Assembly: GCA_902533755.1 (NCBI GenBank)
Contig: CACANC010000003.1
Location: 2,748-66,747 of the forward strand
Length of the DNA: 64,000 nucleotides
Direction of reading: 5' to 3'
Origin: an uncultured PS1 clade bacterium
Lineage (GTDB): Bacteria > Pseudomonadota > Alphaproteobacteria > MED-G09
Part shown: in pieces, positions 53,713-63,145 of the stretch
Layout: the number at the start of each line of letters is the position of its first letter
How positions within the stretch are numbered: position 1 is the first letter of the stretch
Position numbers and translations under genes: made by a program
Notes under the pieces: generated by a model
Databases searched by the model: none
Seen by the model: the letters and a program-made list of their open reading frames with translations, nothing else
Told to the model about the DNA's origin: nothing

Positions 53713-54978
53713 CTAAGGTCTTATTTGGCCTGAACCACGAACTATATATTTAAAACTAGTTAATTGTTCTACACCTACTGGCCCTCTGGCATGAAATCTT
53801 CCTGTTGCAATACCAATTTCTGCTCCCATACCAAATTCGCCGCCATCTGCAAACTGAGTAGATGTGTTATGCATAACTATCGCACTATCAACTTCTCTCA
53901 TAAATTTTTCTGCAATATCATTATCTTCTGTAATTATTGAGTCTGTGTGATTAGTTGAATATTCACCAATATGTGAAATTGCTTCCTCTACGCCATCAAC
54001 TATCTTTACGCTTATAATTGCTTCAAGATATTCAGTTGACCAATCTTCATCATTTGCAGAAATTATATTATCAGTCAATTTGAGAGTTTCCTCACATCCT
54101 CTTACCTCACATCCACTATCTTTCAATGAATTTACTAGCAAAGGAAGAAAAGACTTATCACTATTTTTATCAATTAATAATGTCTCGGCAGCACCGCAAA
54201 TACCCGGTCTCCTCATTTTTGCATTAATTATAATATCTTTAGCTTTTGTCAAATCTGCACTTTTATCGACATATAAGTGACATATTCCTTCCAAATGGCC
54301 AAACACAGGTATTTTAGCTTCATTCTGAACTCTTTCTACAAGACTTTTACCACCGCGCGGGACAATAACATCAATATTTCCATTTAATCCTCCTAAAAGA
54401 AGACCGACTGCCTCACGGTCTGTAGTTGGTATAATTTGGATAGAGTGTTTTGGTAAATTGGAATCCTCTAATCCTTGAACCAAAAATTTATGTATAGCAT
54501 TAGAGGAATGGAAGCTTTCTGATCCTCCCCTTAAAATAACTGCATTTCCAGCTTTAAGACACAATGCTCCAGCATCAGCAGTAACATTTGGTCTGCTTTC
54601 ATAAATCACTCCGATAACTCCTAAAGGAGTTCTTACCCTAGAAATATCAAGACCATTAGGCCGTTGCCATCTTCCTATTTCTTCTCCAACGGGATCATTT
54701 AGCTCTACAATAGATCTCAGACCGTTACTTATAGAAGAAATTCGATTCTTATCTAAATAAAGACGGTCTAGAAAGGAATCTGATATTCCTTTTTCTTCAG
54801 CTTTTTTCATATCAGTATTGTTGGCTTTAAGAATCTCGTCTTGGTTGTTTTCAATAAGTTCAGCCATATTCATTAAGGCTTGATTTTTTTTGTCTTCACT
54901 TGCCATGGATAGTGCGTTAGATGCTTTTTTTGCATCATTACCAATTTTATTTAATTGTAATCTTATATCTTCATTCAT
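53713..54978 (-). CDS. proA: glutamate-5-semialdehyde dehydrogenase
   Basis: [20 protein letters not shown], catalytic-cysteine context [12 protein letters not shown], and [13 protein letters not shown]. Confidence 0.95.
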   Translation of the reverse strand: MNEDIRLQLNKIGNDAKKASNALSMASEDKKNQALMNMAELIENNQDEILKANNTDMKKAEEKGISDSFLDRLYLDKNRISSISNGLRSIVELNDPVGEEIGRWQRPNGLDISRVRTPLGVIGVIYESRPNVTADAGALCLKAGNAVILRGGSESFHSSNAIHKFLVQGLEDSNLPKHSIQIIPTTDREAVGLLLGGLNGNIDVIVPRGGKSLVERVQNEAKIPVFGHLEGICHLYVDKSADLTKAKDIIINAKMRRPGICGAAETLLIDKNSDKSFLPLLVNSLKDSGCEVRGCEETLKLTDNIISANDEDWSTEYLEAIISVKIVDGVEEAISHIGEYSTNHTDSIITEDNDIAEKFMREVDSAIVMHNTSTQFADGGEFGMGAEIGIATGRFHARGPVGVEQLTSFKYIVRGSGQIRP

Positions 54979-56102
54979 TAGTCTTCATCCATATTTCCAG
55001 AGTAAAATAAATTATTTCTATGAATTACTTCCGTCTTAGTAAGATAACCTAAAATTTCTTCAATTTCTTCAGATTTTTTACCAATTATTTTAGATAAATC
55101 ATTTGAATTGAAATTAGTTAAGCCCCTAGCTACTTCTTTATCTCGAGATTTAATTGTAACAGTATCACCCTTATCAAATTCACCATCAAAATTAATAATT
55201 CCTGCAGATAGGAGACTTTTACCATTTTTAAGAGCTAAGTTAGCTCCGTTATCAATATTTATTTCTCCCGATGGTTTTATACTTCCAGAAATCCATCTTT
55301 TAAGAGCACTCAGGTTTTTATTTTGAGATTGGAAAACAGTTCCAATTCCGTCATTTAGTGAAGATAGGATAGGGTTTTTTACTCTACCTGAAGAAATAAT
55401 CATTTGGCAACCACTCTTAGTAGCTATTTTTGCAGCTTCAATTTTTGTTATCATACCGCCTCTACCTAATTCTCCTGCCTCACCTGCCATATCAGTAACG
55501 CTCTTATCTATAATTTCTACATTACTAACTAATCTGCTTTCTTCATTAGAGGGGTCTCTCTCATAGAGACCTTCAACATTGGATAACAGGATTAAGCAAT
55601 CCGCCGTAACCATTCCAGCTATTCTAGCTGCTAATCTATCATTATCTCCATACCTGATCTCGGATGTAGCTACCGTATCATTCTCATTTATTATTGGAAT
55701 ATATTTTTCTCGCAATAATTCTTCTATTGTTGATCTAGCATTTAAAAATCTTTTTCTATTTTCTGTATCTTCAGCAGTTATTAATATTTGAGCAGCATTA
55801 AGATCAAACTTACTTAAAGATTCTTTCCAAGAATTTATTAATTTTATTTGGCCAATTGAAGAAGCGGCCTGACTTTCTGCTAAATTAAATTTCTCTTTTG
55901 TTTTATCTAATTCAATTTTTCCTAACTCTATAGCGCCTGAAGAAACTACTAAAGTTTCTATACCCCTTTTTTTTAATGACAAAATATCTTCACTAATATT
56001 ATTCAAGAAATTATTATTCACTCCTTTATCTTTATCAATAAGAAGTGAGGAGCCAATCTTCACCACCATTCTATTTATTTCTTTTATTTTCATGGTTGCC
56101 AA
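54978..56102 (-). CDS. proB: glutamate 5-kinase (with PUA domain)
   Basis: [24 protein letters not shown] and a C-terminal PUA-like region. The stop overlaps the proA ATG (TAATG). Confidence 0.95.
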   Translation of the reverse strand: MATMKIKEINRMVVKIGSSLLIDKDKGVNNNFLNNISEDILSLKKRGIETLVVSSGAIELGKIELDKTKEKFNLAESQAASSIGQIKLINSWKESLSKFDLNAAQILITAEDTENRKRFLNARSTIEELLREKYIPIINENDTVATSEIRYGDNDRLAARIAGMVTADCLILLSNVEGLYERDPSNEESRLVSNVEIIDKSVTDMAGEAGELGRGGMITKIEAAKIATKSGCQMIISSGRVKNPILSSLNDGIGTVFQSQNKNLSALKRWISGSIKPSGEINIDNGANLALKNGKSLLSAGIINFDGEFDKGDTVTIKSRDKEVARGLTNFNSNDLSKIIGKKSEEIEEILGYLTKTEVIHRNNLFYSGNMDED

Positions 56103-57109
56103 CCTTTTATATCATCATCTTCAGTTTTTGAGATATTATCATGCAATATTCTAAGTATCGAAGTAATTCCTTTTCCGGTTACAGAAGACATCTTGAATAC
56201 ATCTTTATTAGTATAATCTTTTAGAATAATTAATTTTTCATCTAATTTTTCTTCGTTAATAGAGTCTGACTTAGATAAGACAATAATTTCTTTTTTTTCA
56301 TCTAATTCTTTAGAATATGCTGATATCTCATTTCTAACAGTTTTCCATGAATTAATTACATCAGAGTCATTTGCATCGATCAAATGAAGAAGCAAATTAC
56401 ATCTTTCAATATGCCCAAGAAATCTATCACCTAGACCCTTGCCTTCATGGGCGCCTTCGATTAACCCAGGGATATCAGCAATTACTAACTCATTATCATT
56501 ATATTTTGCTATACCAAGAACTGGGTTTAGTGTTGTAAAGGGATAATCAGCAATCTTAGGCTTTGCTTCACTCACAGTTGATATTAAAGTTGATTTACCG
56601 GCATTGGGTAATCCAATTAAACCAATATCGGCAATAAGTTTTAATCTAAGCCATACCCATTTTTCTTGACCATTTTCTCCATCATTAGCAGTTCGTGGCG
56701 TTTGGTTTTCTGAGCTCTTAAAATGCGCATTACCGAACCCTCCATTCCCACCTTTTAGAATAGTGAGGGATTGATCTTTATTAACAACATCTGCAATGAC
56801 CTCTTCATTATCCTCTTCCAATATTAATGTACCCCTTGGAACTTCAATAATTGTATCTTCGCCTGATCTGCCAGTTTTATCACTTCCCATTCCTGGACTA
56901 CCATTTTTTGCTTTAAAATGTTGTCTATATCTATAATCAATTAAAGTATTGAGCCCATCAACGCATTTGATAATGATATCGCCTCCTTTACCGCCATTCC
57001 CGCCATTTGGACCTCCGAATTCAACAAACTTTTCTCTACGAAAACTTACACAACCGTTTCCGCCGTTTCCAGATTGAATATGTATTTTTGCCTGATCAAG
57101 GAATTTCAT
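56090..57109 (-). CDS. obg: GTPase Obg/CgtA
   Basis: [37 protein letters not shown] and [17 protein letters not shown] place the start at 57109; the track ORF starts at 57115. Confidence 0.95.
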   Translation of the reverse strand: MKFLDQAKIHIQSGNGGNGCVSFRREKFVEFGGPNGGNGGKGGDIIIKCVDGLNTLIDYRYRQHFKAKNGSPGMGSDKTGRSGEDTIIEVPRGTLILEEDNEEVIADVVNKDQSLTILKGGNGGFGNAHFKSSENQTPRTANDGENGQEKWVWLRLKLIADIGLIGLPNAGKSTLISTVSEAKPKIADYPFTTLNPVLGIAKYNDNELVIADIPGLIEGAHEGKGLGDRFLGHIERCNLLLHLIDANDSDVINSWKTVRNEISAYSKELDEKKEIIVLSKSDSINEEKLDEKLIILKDYTNKDVFKMSSVTGKGITSILRILHDNISKTEDDDIKGWQP

Positions 57110-57161
57110 AACCATGCTCGCAAAGTTAATTAAATATTATAGTGATTAAGTTGAAACTTTT

Positions 57162-57431
57162 CTAGTTTGTAGCTTCTGGACTTGGCTTTACAGAAACTAC
57201 CGGTCTTCCATTTTGTGTTTTTGAAAAATCCACAGTTCCTTGAATTAAAGAGAAGATTGTATGATCTTTTCCTAAGCCAACATTTTTACCTGGCTTCCAC
57301 TTTGTTCCTCGTTGACGAATAATAATATTTCCAGGAATAACATTTTCCCCTCCATATTTTTTAACACCAAGTCTTCTTCCAGCTGAATCTCTTCCGTTCC
57401 TTGATGAACCGCCTGCTTTCTTGTGAGCCAT
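57162..57431 (-). CDS. rpmA: 50S ribosomal protein L27
   Basis: [24 protein letters not shown] and [10 protein letters not shown]. Confidence 0.97.
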   Translation of the reverse strand: MAHKKAGGSSRNGRDSAGRRLGVKKYGGENVIPGNIIIRQRGTKWKPGKNVGLGKDHTIFSLIQGTVDFSKTQNGRPVVSVKPSPEATN

Positions 57432-57434
57432 TTT

Positions 57435-57980
57435 TTACTCCTTTGAACCTTTATTAGTTTTTTTTGGTTCCGATTTAGCCTTTTTATCAGATTTTTTTGG
57501 TTTGTCTTCAGTTTTTTTTGATTTTGTGGCTACTTTTTTTGGAGCTGCCTTTTTTGGAGCTACTTTTTTTGGAGCTGCCTTTTTTGGAGCTGCCTTTTTT
57601 GGAGCTGCCTTTTTTGTTGTTGTCTTCTTTTCTTCGGTATCGGAGGCTTTAGTTTTCCCCTGAGAAGCATTAATACTTAAAATCTTTAAATTTGTAATAT
57701 TTTGTTTATGACCTTTTTTTCTTCTGTAATTATGTCTTCTTTTTTTCTTAAAGACTGTAATTTTAGCAGCCCTGGAGTGATCCATAATCTCTGCCTCTAC
57801 ACTTGCACCTTTAATTAATGGATCTCCGACAATTGGCTTTCCTTTGTCTGATATGATTAAGACCTCATTTAATTTGATCTTTTTACCAGTGTCTTCAGAT
57901 AATTTTTCGACAGAAATAATATCATCCTTTGATACTTTATATTGTTTACCACCAGTTTTAATAACAGCGTACATTTTCAA
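57435..57980 (-). CDS. rplU: 50S ribosomal protein L21 with about 80-aa K/A/P-rich C-terminal extension
   Basis: MYAVIKTGGKQYKV core (about 100 aa) followed by KKAAPKKAAPKKAAPKKVAPKKAAPKKVATKSKK... Confidence 0.92.
   Translation of the reverse strand: MKMYAVIKTGGKQYKVSKDDIISVEKLSEDTGKKIKLNEVLIISDKGKPIVGDPLIKGASVEAEIMDHSRAAKITVFKKKRRHNYRRKKGHKQNITNLKILSINASQGKTKASDTEEKKTTTKKAAPKKAAPKKAAPKKVAPKKAAPKKVATKSKKTEDKPKKSDKKAKSEPKKTNKGSKE
57525..57616 (-). repeat. 15-nt tandem repeat (about 6 copies, ttttttggagc[tg][ga]c[ct]) encoding the KKAAP repeats of L21
   Basis: Read directly from 57521-57616. The repeat is in frame and coding. Confidence 0.8.
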
Positions 57981-58012
57981 CCCATTCTTATTACAAATTA
58001 ATGTGTGGCGCG

Positions 58013-58040
58013 ACTATAACCCCAGGATGGTTTGTGTCAA
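58013..58040 (-). promoter_or_regulatory. candidate sigma70 promoter for rplU-rpmA-obg...
   Basis: The minus strand reads TTGACA (58040-58035), a 16-nt spacer, then TATAGT (58018-58013). This lies about 30 nt upstream of the rplU ATG. Confidence 0.5.
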
Positions 58041-58064
58041 GTTTTATGATGGCAAAAAATTATC

Positions 58065-59315
58065 CTATACCTTGGGTTTGGAGTAATTTAAAAATGCTAA
58101 AGGTAAGATACATAAAAAAGCTGCTATTAGGTAAATTGAACTAACAGTTAAATTAAGGAAACCGTCAAATATACCAGCAAAAGTTTCACCAAGAATTCTG
58201 GAAAAATGCCTTGTACTCATAAAAATAGCAAATATTGATGCCGCATAAGATGATAAAGAAAATTTCATACATAAAGCTAAGACAGCAGTTAATGCAAATG
58301 AATTAAAAAATGAAAAGGCAAGCAATATGCCTATTCCAAAAAACTCATTTATTATAATATTTGTTTGAATTGCAATTAATAAACATAGAAAAGTAAGAGA
58401 TACATGTGATATCTTTATAATTAATTGTGAATTTACTTTATCAGAAAGATATCCACCCAAAAGCGCAGCTAAAATTCCACCATAAAGTGCGACCGACCTA
58501 TAAAATGTTAAATCGAATGATTTCCAGTCAGTATAATTTGTATAAAGATATGAAATTGATGAGAAATGTATACCTGAAGCAAGATTTGAGGTAATACAAA
58601 ATAAAATTAATAAAAAAATATGTTTTTGATTAATAGTCTTAATAATAAAAAGAATAGTATCTTTAAATTTGAATGGAGATAATTCGTTAGTATTAATCTT
58701 GGTTCCAAACGAAAGGTATTTATCTGTTTGCTTCTCTCTAAAAATTGAAAGAAGGACTCCTGCTAAAAAAATAAAAAACCCAATAAATGCGATTGCATTT
58801 ATCAGGCCATAATTTGTCATGATATAAGCTGAAGAAATACCTGACAAACTTAAGCCGAAAGTTCGAAAGGCCCACATTAGTCCATTAACAGTACCTCTTT
58901 CATTGTCATTTAAAATATCTATTGCTAGTCCATCTGTTGAAACATCAAGAATAGAAGTAGCAAGTAAAGTTGAAAAAAAAGTAATTCCCAGTAGCAATGG
59001 ATCGATTTCATTTTTTGAAAGTATTGCCGCGATAAATATTGTTATACTCATAAAAACAATAGATAAAATTATCCAAGATCTTCTTTTACCCATGTTTGAT
59101 TCTGAATAGTAATCAACAAAAGGTGCTATTATAAATTTCAATGACCATGGTATTGATGAAATTGCAGTAATTAGAGCTATATCCTTAATTGTAAAGCCGT
59201 TACCAGTTAACCAATCTTGTATAGAAAAATAAATGAGACCCTGAGGTATTGCCTGAAGGAAATATAAGGAACATAGGTAAGTTCTTTTATATTTTTGTAT
59301 ATTTAGATTTAACAA
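58065..59315 (-). CDS. MFS transporter (AmpG/PAT-family-like)
   Basis: 416 aa with about 12 TM helices and a TTG start. The N-terminal pattern YFLQAIPQGLIYFSIQDWL...PWSLKFIIAPFVDY resembles AmpG-type permeases. Subfamily is uncertain. Confidence 0.7.
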   Translation of the reverse strand: MLNLNIQKYKRTYLCSLYFLQAIPQGLIYFSIQDWLTGNGFTIKDIALITAISSIPWSLKFIIAPFVDYYSESNMGKRRSWIILSIVFMSITIFIAAILSKNEIDPLLLGITFFSTLLATSILDVSTDGLAIDILNDNERGTVNGLMWAFRTFGLSLSGISSAYIMTNYGLINAIAFIGFFIFLAGVLLSIFREKQTDKYLSFGTKINTNELSPFKFKDTILFIIKTINQKHIFLLILFCITSNLASGIHFSSISYLYTNYTDWKSFDLTFYRSVALYGGILAALLGGYLSDKVNSQLIIKISHVSLTFLCLLIAIQTNIIINEFFGIGILLAFSFFNSFALTAVLALCMKFSLSSYAASIFAIFMSTRHFSRILGETFAGIFDGFLNLTVSSIYLIAAFLCILPLAFLNYSKPKV

Positions 59316-59331
59316 AATCTATTTTATTCCT

Positions 59332-60054
59332 TTAATTTTGCTCTTCTTCTTGATCTTTTACTTTTTGTGATATTTCTCTCTCAATACCTAATGCAAAATC
59401 AGAAACATATGGATTAGTCAGTCTTTCCTGACCAAAGGTAGAAAGAGGGCCATGACCAGGGATAAATGTCATATTGTCTCCAAGAGGCCATAATCTATTT
59501 ACAATTGAATTTACTAATTCTTCATGATTACCTCTCGGAAGATCAGATCTGCCAATTGATCCCTGGAAGATTACATCTCCGACAACTGCTAATTGAGACT
59601 GTTCATGGAAGAAAATAATATGACCTGGAGTATGACCTGGACAGTGTCTGACACCTAGAGTTTGATTACCAACTTTAACTTCATCGCCATTTTCAAGATA
59701 TCTGTCAGTTTTGAAAACCTTGGCACCATGTAGGCCAAATTTTTCTCCCTGCTGAGCAAGGCTTTCCATTAAGAAAAGATCTTCTTTATGAGGGCCTTCA
59801 ATTGGAACATTAAGAATTTTAGAAAGTTCGTGAGCTCCGCCAGCATGATCTAGGTGTGCATGTGTTATCAGGATTTTTTCGACAGTTACATCATTTTCCT
59901 CAATTGCTTTTAGAATATTATCAAGATCTCCGCCTGGATCAAATACAGCTCCCATAGAAGTTTCTAAACACCAAACAATAGAGCAATTCTGTTGAAAGGG
60001 CGTAACAGGAACAACAATTGCCCTAACTGTTTTTTCTTGAGGATCTTTAGTCAT
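59332..60054 (-). CDS. MBL-fold metallo-hydrolase (glyoxalase-II-like)
   Basis: ITHAHLDHAGG, HCPGHTPGH and IPGHGP. Confidence 0.85.
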   Translation of the reverse strand: MTKDPQEKTVRAIVVPVTPFQQNCSIVWCLETSMGAVFDPGGDLDNILKAIEENDVTVEKILITHAHLDHAGGAHELSKILNVPIEGPHKEDLFLMESLAQQGEKFGLHGAKVFKTDRYLENGDEVKVGNQTLGVRHCPGHTPGHIIFFHEQSQLAVVGDVIFQGSIGRSDLPRGNHEELVNSIVNRLWPLGDNMTFIPGHGPLSTFGQERLTNPYVSDFALGIEREISQKVKDQEEEQN

Positions 60055-60057
60055 AAC

Positions 60058-60765
60058 TTATGAGAAAATCTCTTCTAAAAAATTACTCATTGCTTCCCAA
60101 GATCTTCTATTCGCATTTTCATTAAACGCCATTCCATCCTCAGGAGCATTTGCTAAAGGATTAGTAAATGCATGAGATGTTCCCCCATAGGCATGAATTT
60201 GCCAATCTGCATTTACAGCTGTTAATTCGTTAGCTAGGCCATTCACAGATTCGTGAGGAACCATAGGATCATCATTTCCATGAAGGACTAATATTTTTGA
60301 GCTAATTTTATTACCATCAGTATTTCCTGGAGGATTGAATAATCCATGAAAAGACACTACGCCTGCAACGCTTGAACCTGTTCTTGCAAGATCAAGAACA
60401 CATAATCCACCAAAACAGAAACCAATTGCAGCTGATTTATTTGCATTAACTCCTACTTGATCAATCACTGTTTGATGAGCCAGATTTATTCTTCTTTGAA
60501 GCATTTCACGGTCATCAAGGACAGCCTGCATCAACCCCATATTTTCTTCTGGTGTAGAGCCCGTCTTCCCTTCTCCATACATATCAACAGCAAAACCAGA
60601 GTAACCTAATTGATTCATCATTTTCGCTTTCTCAAGAGTAAAATCATCTCTTCCTGCATATGTTGGAACTACAAGTACAACAGGATTGCTAGCTGGATTT
60701 TCAGTTGGAAATAAAATGCCTTCTAATCTTATATCATTATCATAATAATCTATTTGCTGACTCAT
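60058..60765 (-). CDS. dienelactone hydrolase-family protein
   Basis: Alpha/beta hydrolase with cysteine nucleophile motif IGFCFGG. Also LVLHGNDDPMVP and a late H (GTSHAF). Confidence 0.85.
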   Translation of the reverse strand: MSQQIDYYDNDIRLEGILFPTENPASNPVVLVVPTYAGRDDFTLEKAKMMNQLGYSGFAVDMYGEGKTGSTPEENMGLMQAVLDDREMLQRRINLAHQTVIDQVGVNANKSAAIGFCFGGLCVLDLARTGSSVAGVVSFHGLFNPPGNTDGNKISSKILVLHGNDDPMVPHESVNGLANELTAVNADWQIHAYGGTSHAFTNPLANAPEDGMAFNENANRRSWEAMSNFLEEIFS

Positions 60766-60777
60766 TATACTCTCCTA

Positions 60778-61548
60778 TTATTCTGGCATAGAACCTGAGG
60801 CAACAGACATAGCATTATCTACCCTTAGTTGAGCGCCATTCATAAATTTAGATTCATCAGATGCAAGATATAATGCTGCATAAGCTATGTCATTTGGCTC
60901 ACCTTGCTTGCTTGCTGGAGCATCCTGATTAGGTGCACCGCCAAATTTAGCTTCCATTTTCTCTGGTACACTTTCAACCATAGGAGTAATAATTCCTGAT
61001 GGATGAATAGAATTACATCTAACTCCATTTTTCTTTAAACCACAATGAACTGCTACAGCTCTAGTATAAGCTTCAATAGCTCCTTTTGCTGCACAATAAG
61101 CTGCAACATAAGATTCACCCTGGACGGATGCGATTGAGCACATGTTAACAATTGACCCACCGCCAGATTCGGCCATTACTGGTATAGAAAATTTACACCC
61201 AAAGAAGGTACTATCCATGTGAACTGCCATCGTTTTTCTATATTCTTCGGTTGTTTGATTTTCTGGATCACCAACTTCAACTATACCTGCATTATTAACA
61301 AGAACATCTAATTTGCCATGAAGGTTAACAGTATCAGAAATTATTTGTTTCCATCTTTCTTCATCCGTTACATCCTGTTGCATAAAAGTAGCTCCAATTT
61401 TATCGGCTAATTCTTGACCTTTATCAGCAGCAACATCGGTAAGTATAACTTTTGCGCCTTCTTTAGCAAATAATGTTGCATCTGCTGCGCCTAAGCCCAT
61501 AGCTGCTCCAGTTATTATCGCAACCTTGTTTTCAAGTCGTCCTGTCAT
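60778..61548 (-). CDS. SDR-family oxidoreductase (paralog of 3865-4644)
   Basis: ITGAAMGLG, NNAG and YCAAKGA. It shares MTGR..., MAV..DS.F.GCK..IP.M and A.HC...RCNSIHP with the SDR at 3865-4644. Confidence 0.85.
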   Translation of the reverse strand: MTGRLENKVAIITGAAMGLGAADATLFAKEGAKVILTDVAADKGQELADKIGATFMQQDVTDEERWKQIISDTVNLHGKLDVLVNNAGIVEVGDPENQTTEEYRKTMAVHMDSTFFGCKFSIPVMAESGGGSIVNMCSIASVQGESYVAAYCAAKGAIEAYTRAVAVHCGLKKNGVRCNSIHPSGIITPMVESVPEKMEAKFGGAPNQDAPASKQGEPNDIAYAALYLASDESKFMNGAQLRVDNAMSVASGSMPE

Positions 61549-61566
61549 ATTGTTCTCCTAATTATT

Positions 61567-62955
61567 TTAATTTTTTGTTTGGTTAATGTATTTGTCAACT
61601 ATTTGATGTAAATGTCTTGCTCTAGATTCTTGATAATTTCCAAGAGTCTGAGCTCCCTTTGGGCTAGCTTTAAATCCTCTAGTTTGAGAAAGAAGATTAT
61701 TAGTATCTTGATCATATACTGCTCCAAGATAACCAGTTCCCTCACATTGGGTATAACTATCATCAATATCCAGATAATGTGGCTCTGGCGGAAGTGGATG
61801 ATTTTCACCCTCTATTTTAGGTCTTAAAAATAAGAGATCAAAAATTGCATGATCTACTCCATCTGGTCTAAATCTATAAACCATAGGAAGCTGAAGGCCT
61901 GGAAAAAAGAAAGCGTTAGGGAAAACAAAATATTCAATTGAGTCTATAGTCTCAGTTACAGTAAGATGTGAAAAATCTGATTTATATTTTTCTCCCATCT
62001 CCTCCTGTACAATTCTAGCATATACTTCTCGAGCAGTGCTACCTTCTGGAACTTTGACTGTTCCTGAATCATCATCGAGTTTTCTTCCTAATAAAATATC
62101 CAAAATCTCTTGTTGGCTTGGTCTATTTTCAACAATATGTGGGCTTGTATACCCTATGGTGTGAATAAAGCGTGAAACATGATCACCAAAAATATCATAA
62201 TCTGCATTGGCATCACCAGCCGTATAAACACCCTCAGAATGAGTTTCAAGCACATGATATGCTTCTAAAAAAGCTTCCGCCGCCGCCTTCCAATTGCATG
62301 GAAGTTTTTTGGTGACATGTGTTTCAATATACCGATCTTCAAGATTCCAGTTTTTAAAATGTTCAGGCAAGACACCTAAATAATCATTTAAAGGGTCAGC
62401 ATTTTGGTCAAAGTTTATAAAAACAAACCCTCCCCATGTATCGCACTTTAGTTCTGGAAGACTATACTCTTCCTTATTGACATGAGGGAAATCCCAATCA
62501 CAAGGAAGATATTCTAGTTTGCCAGAAAGCGACCATGTCCAGCCATGAAAAGGACATTTAAGTTCTTTACATACACCAGATGTACCTGAGGGTTTTAATT
62601 GTGTTCCTCTATGTAGACATGAATTATAATATGCTTTTATTTCATTATTATCTGATCGGACAATTACTGCTGATAAATCAGCAACATCATAAACATAATA
62701 ATCACCTACTTCAGGTATATGATCCACATGACAAGCCCACTGCCAGACCTTAGACCACATTTTGTTATTTTCTTCCTGAGCAAAATCTTTTGAAATATAT
62801 CTTTCAAAAGGTATATCTGCATCTCCAATGAATTCATATGATTCCTCAAGAATAGCATCAGGTGCTCCAGTACAATCTCTACTTACTAATTCTTTAGTAG
62901 ATGGATGGTCTGGACATCTTGCCTCACCAGGCTTCAGGTTTTTTAGTTCACTCAT
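61567..62955 (-). CDS. Rieske (2Fe-2S) non-heme-iron oxygenase, alpha/catalytic subunit
   Basis: Rieske motif CLHRGTQL...CPFHGWTW. Catalytic domain has NWKAAAEAFLEAYHVLETH (iron-ligand histidines). No beta subunit, ferredoxin or reductase gene is adjacent. Confidence 0.88.
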   Translation of the reverse strand: MSELKNLKPGEARCPDHPSTKELVSRDCTGAPDAILEESYEFIGDADIPFERYISKDFAQEENNKMWSKVWQWACHVDHIPEVGDYYVYDVADLSAVIVRSDNNEIKAYYNSCLHRGTQLKPSGTSGVCKELKCPFHGWTWSLSGKLEYLPCDWDFPHVNKEEYSLPELKCDTWGGFVFINFDQNADPLNDYLGVLPEHFKNWNLEDRYIETHVTKKLPCNWKAAAEAFLEAYHVLETHSEGVYTAGDANADYDIFGDHVSRFIHTIGYTSPHIVENRPSQQEILDILLGRKLDDDSGTVKVPEGSTAREVYARIVQEEMGEKYKSDFSHLTVTETIDSIEYFVFPNAFFFPGLQLPMVYRFRPDGVDHAIFDLLFLRPKIEGENHPLPPEPHYLDIDDSYTQCEGTGYLGAVYDQDTNNLLSQTRGFKASPKGAQTLGNYQESRARHLHQIVDKYINQTKN

Positions 62956-63145
62956 TAAATTAAGCCCCCTAATTTTATAAATGACGATATATTAATATTT
63001 ACTTATTCTAAATGATAATTTTCAAAATAGTGATTTATTTACAAAAAATCGCCAATATTCTTGTATTTTTACAAAAAAATAATTTTTACTTCAAATTAAT
63101 TTTTTTATCTATATCCTCATTTAAACATAAAGTGGGAGAGGGTTT

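Noticed and set aside
57525-57616. Regular 15-nt repeats that superficially resemble a short repeat array
   Set aside because: The repeats are contiguous with no spacers, in frame, and encode the KKAAP tail of L21. This is not a CRISPR array or a satellite.
62956-63145. Possible cobalamin or other riboswitch upstream of the TonB-dependent receptor
   Set aside because: The spacer is almost pure A/T, with no B12-box-like GCCACTG element and no multi-stem GC-containing structure.
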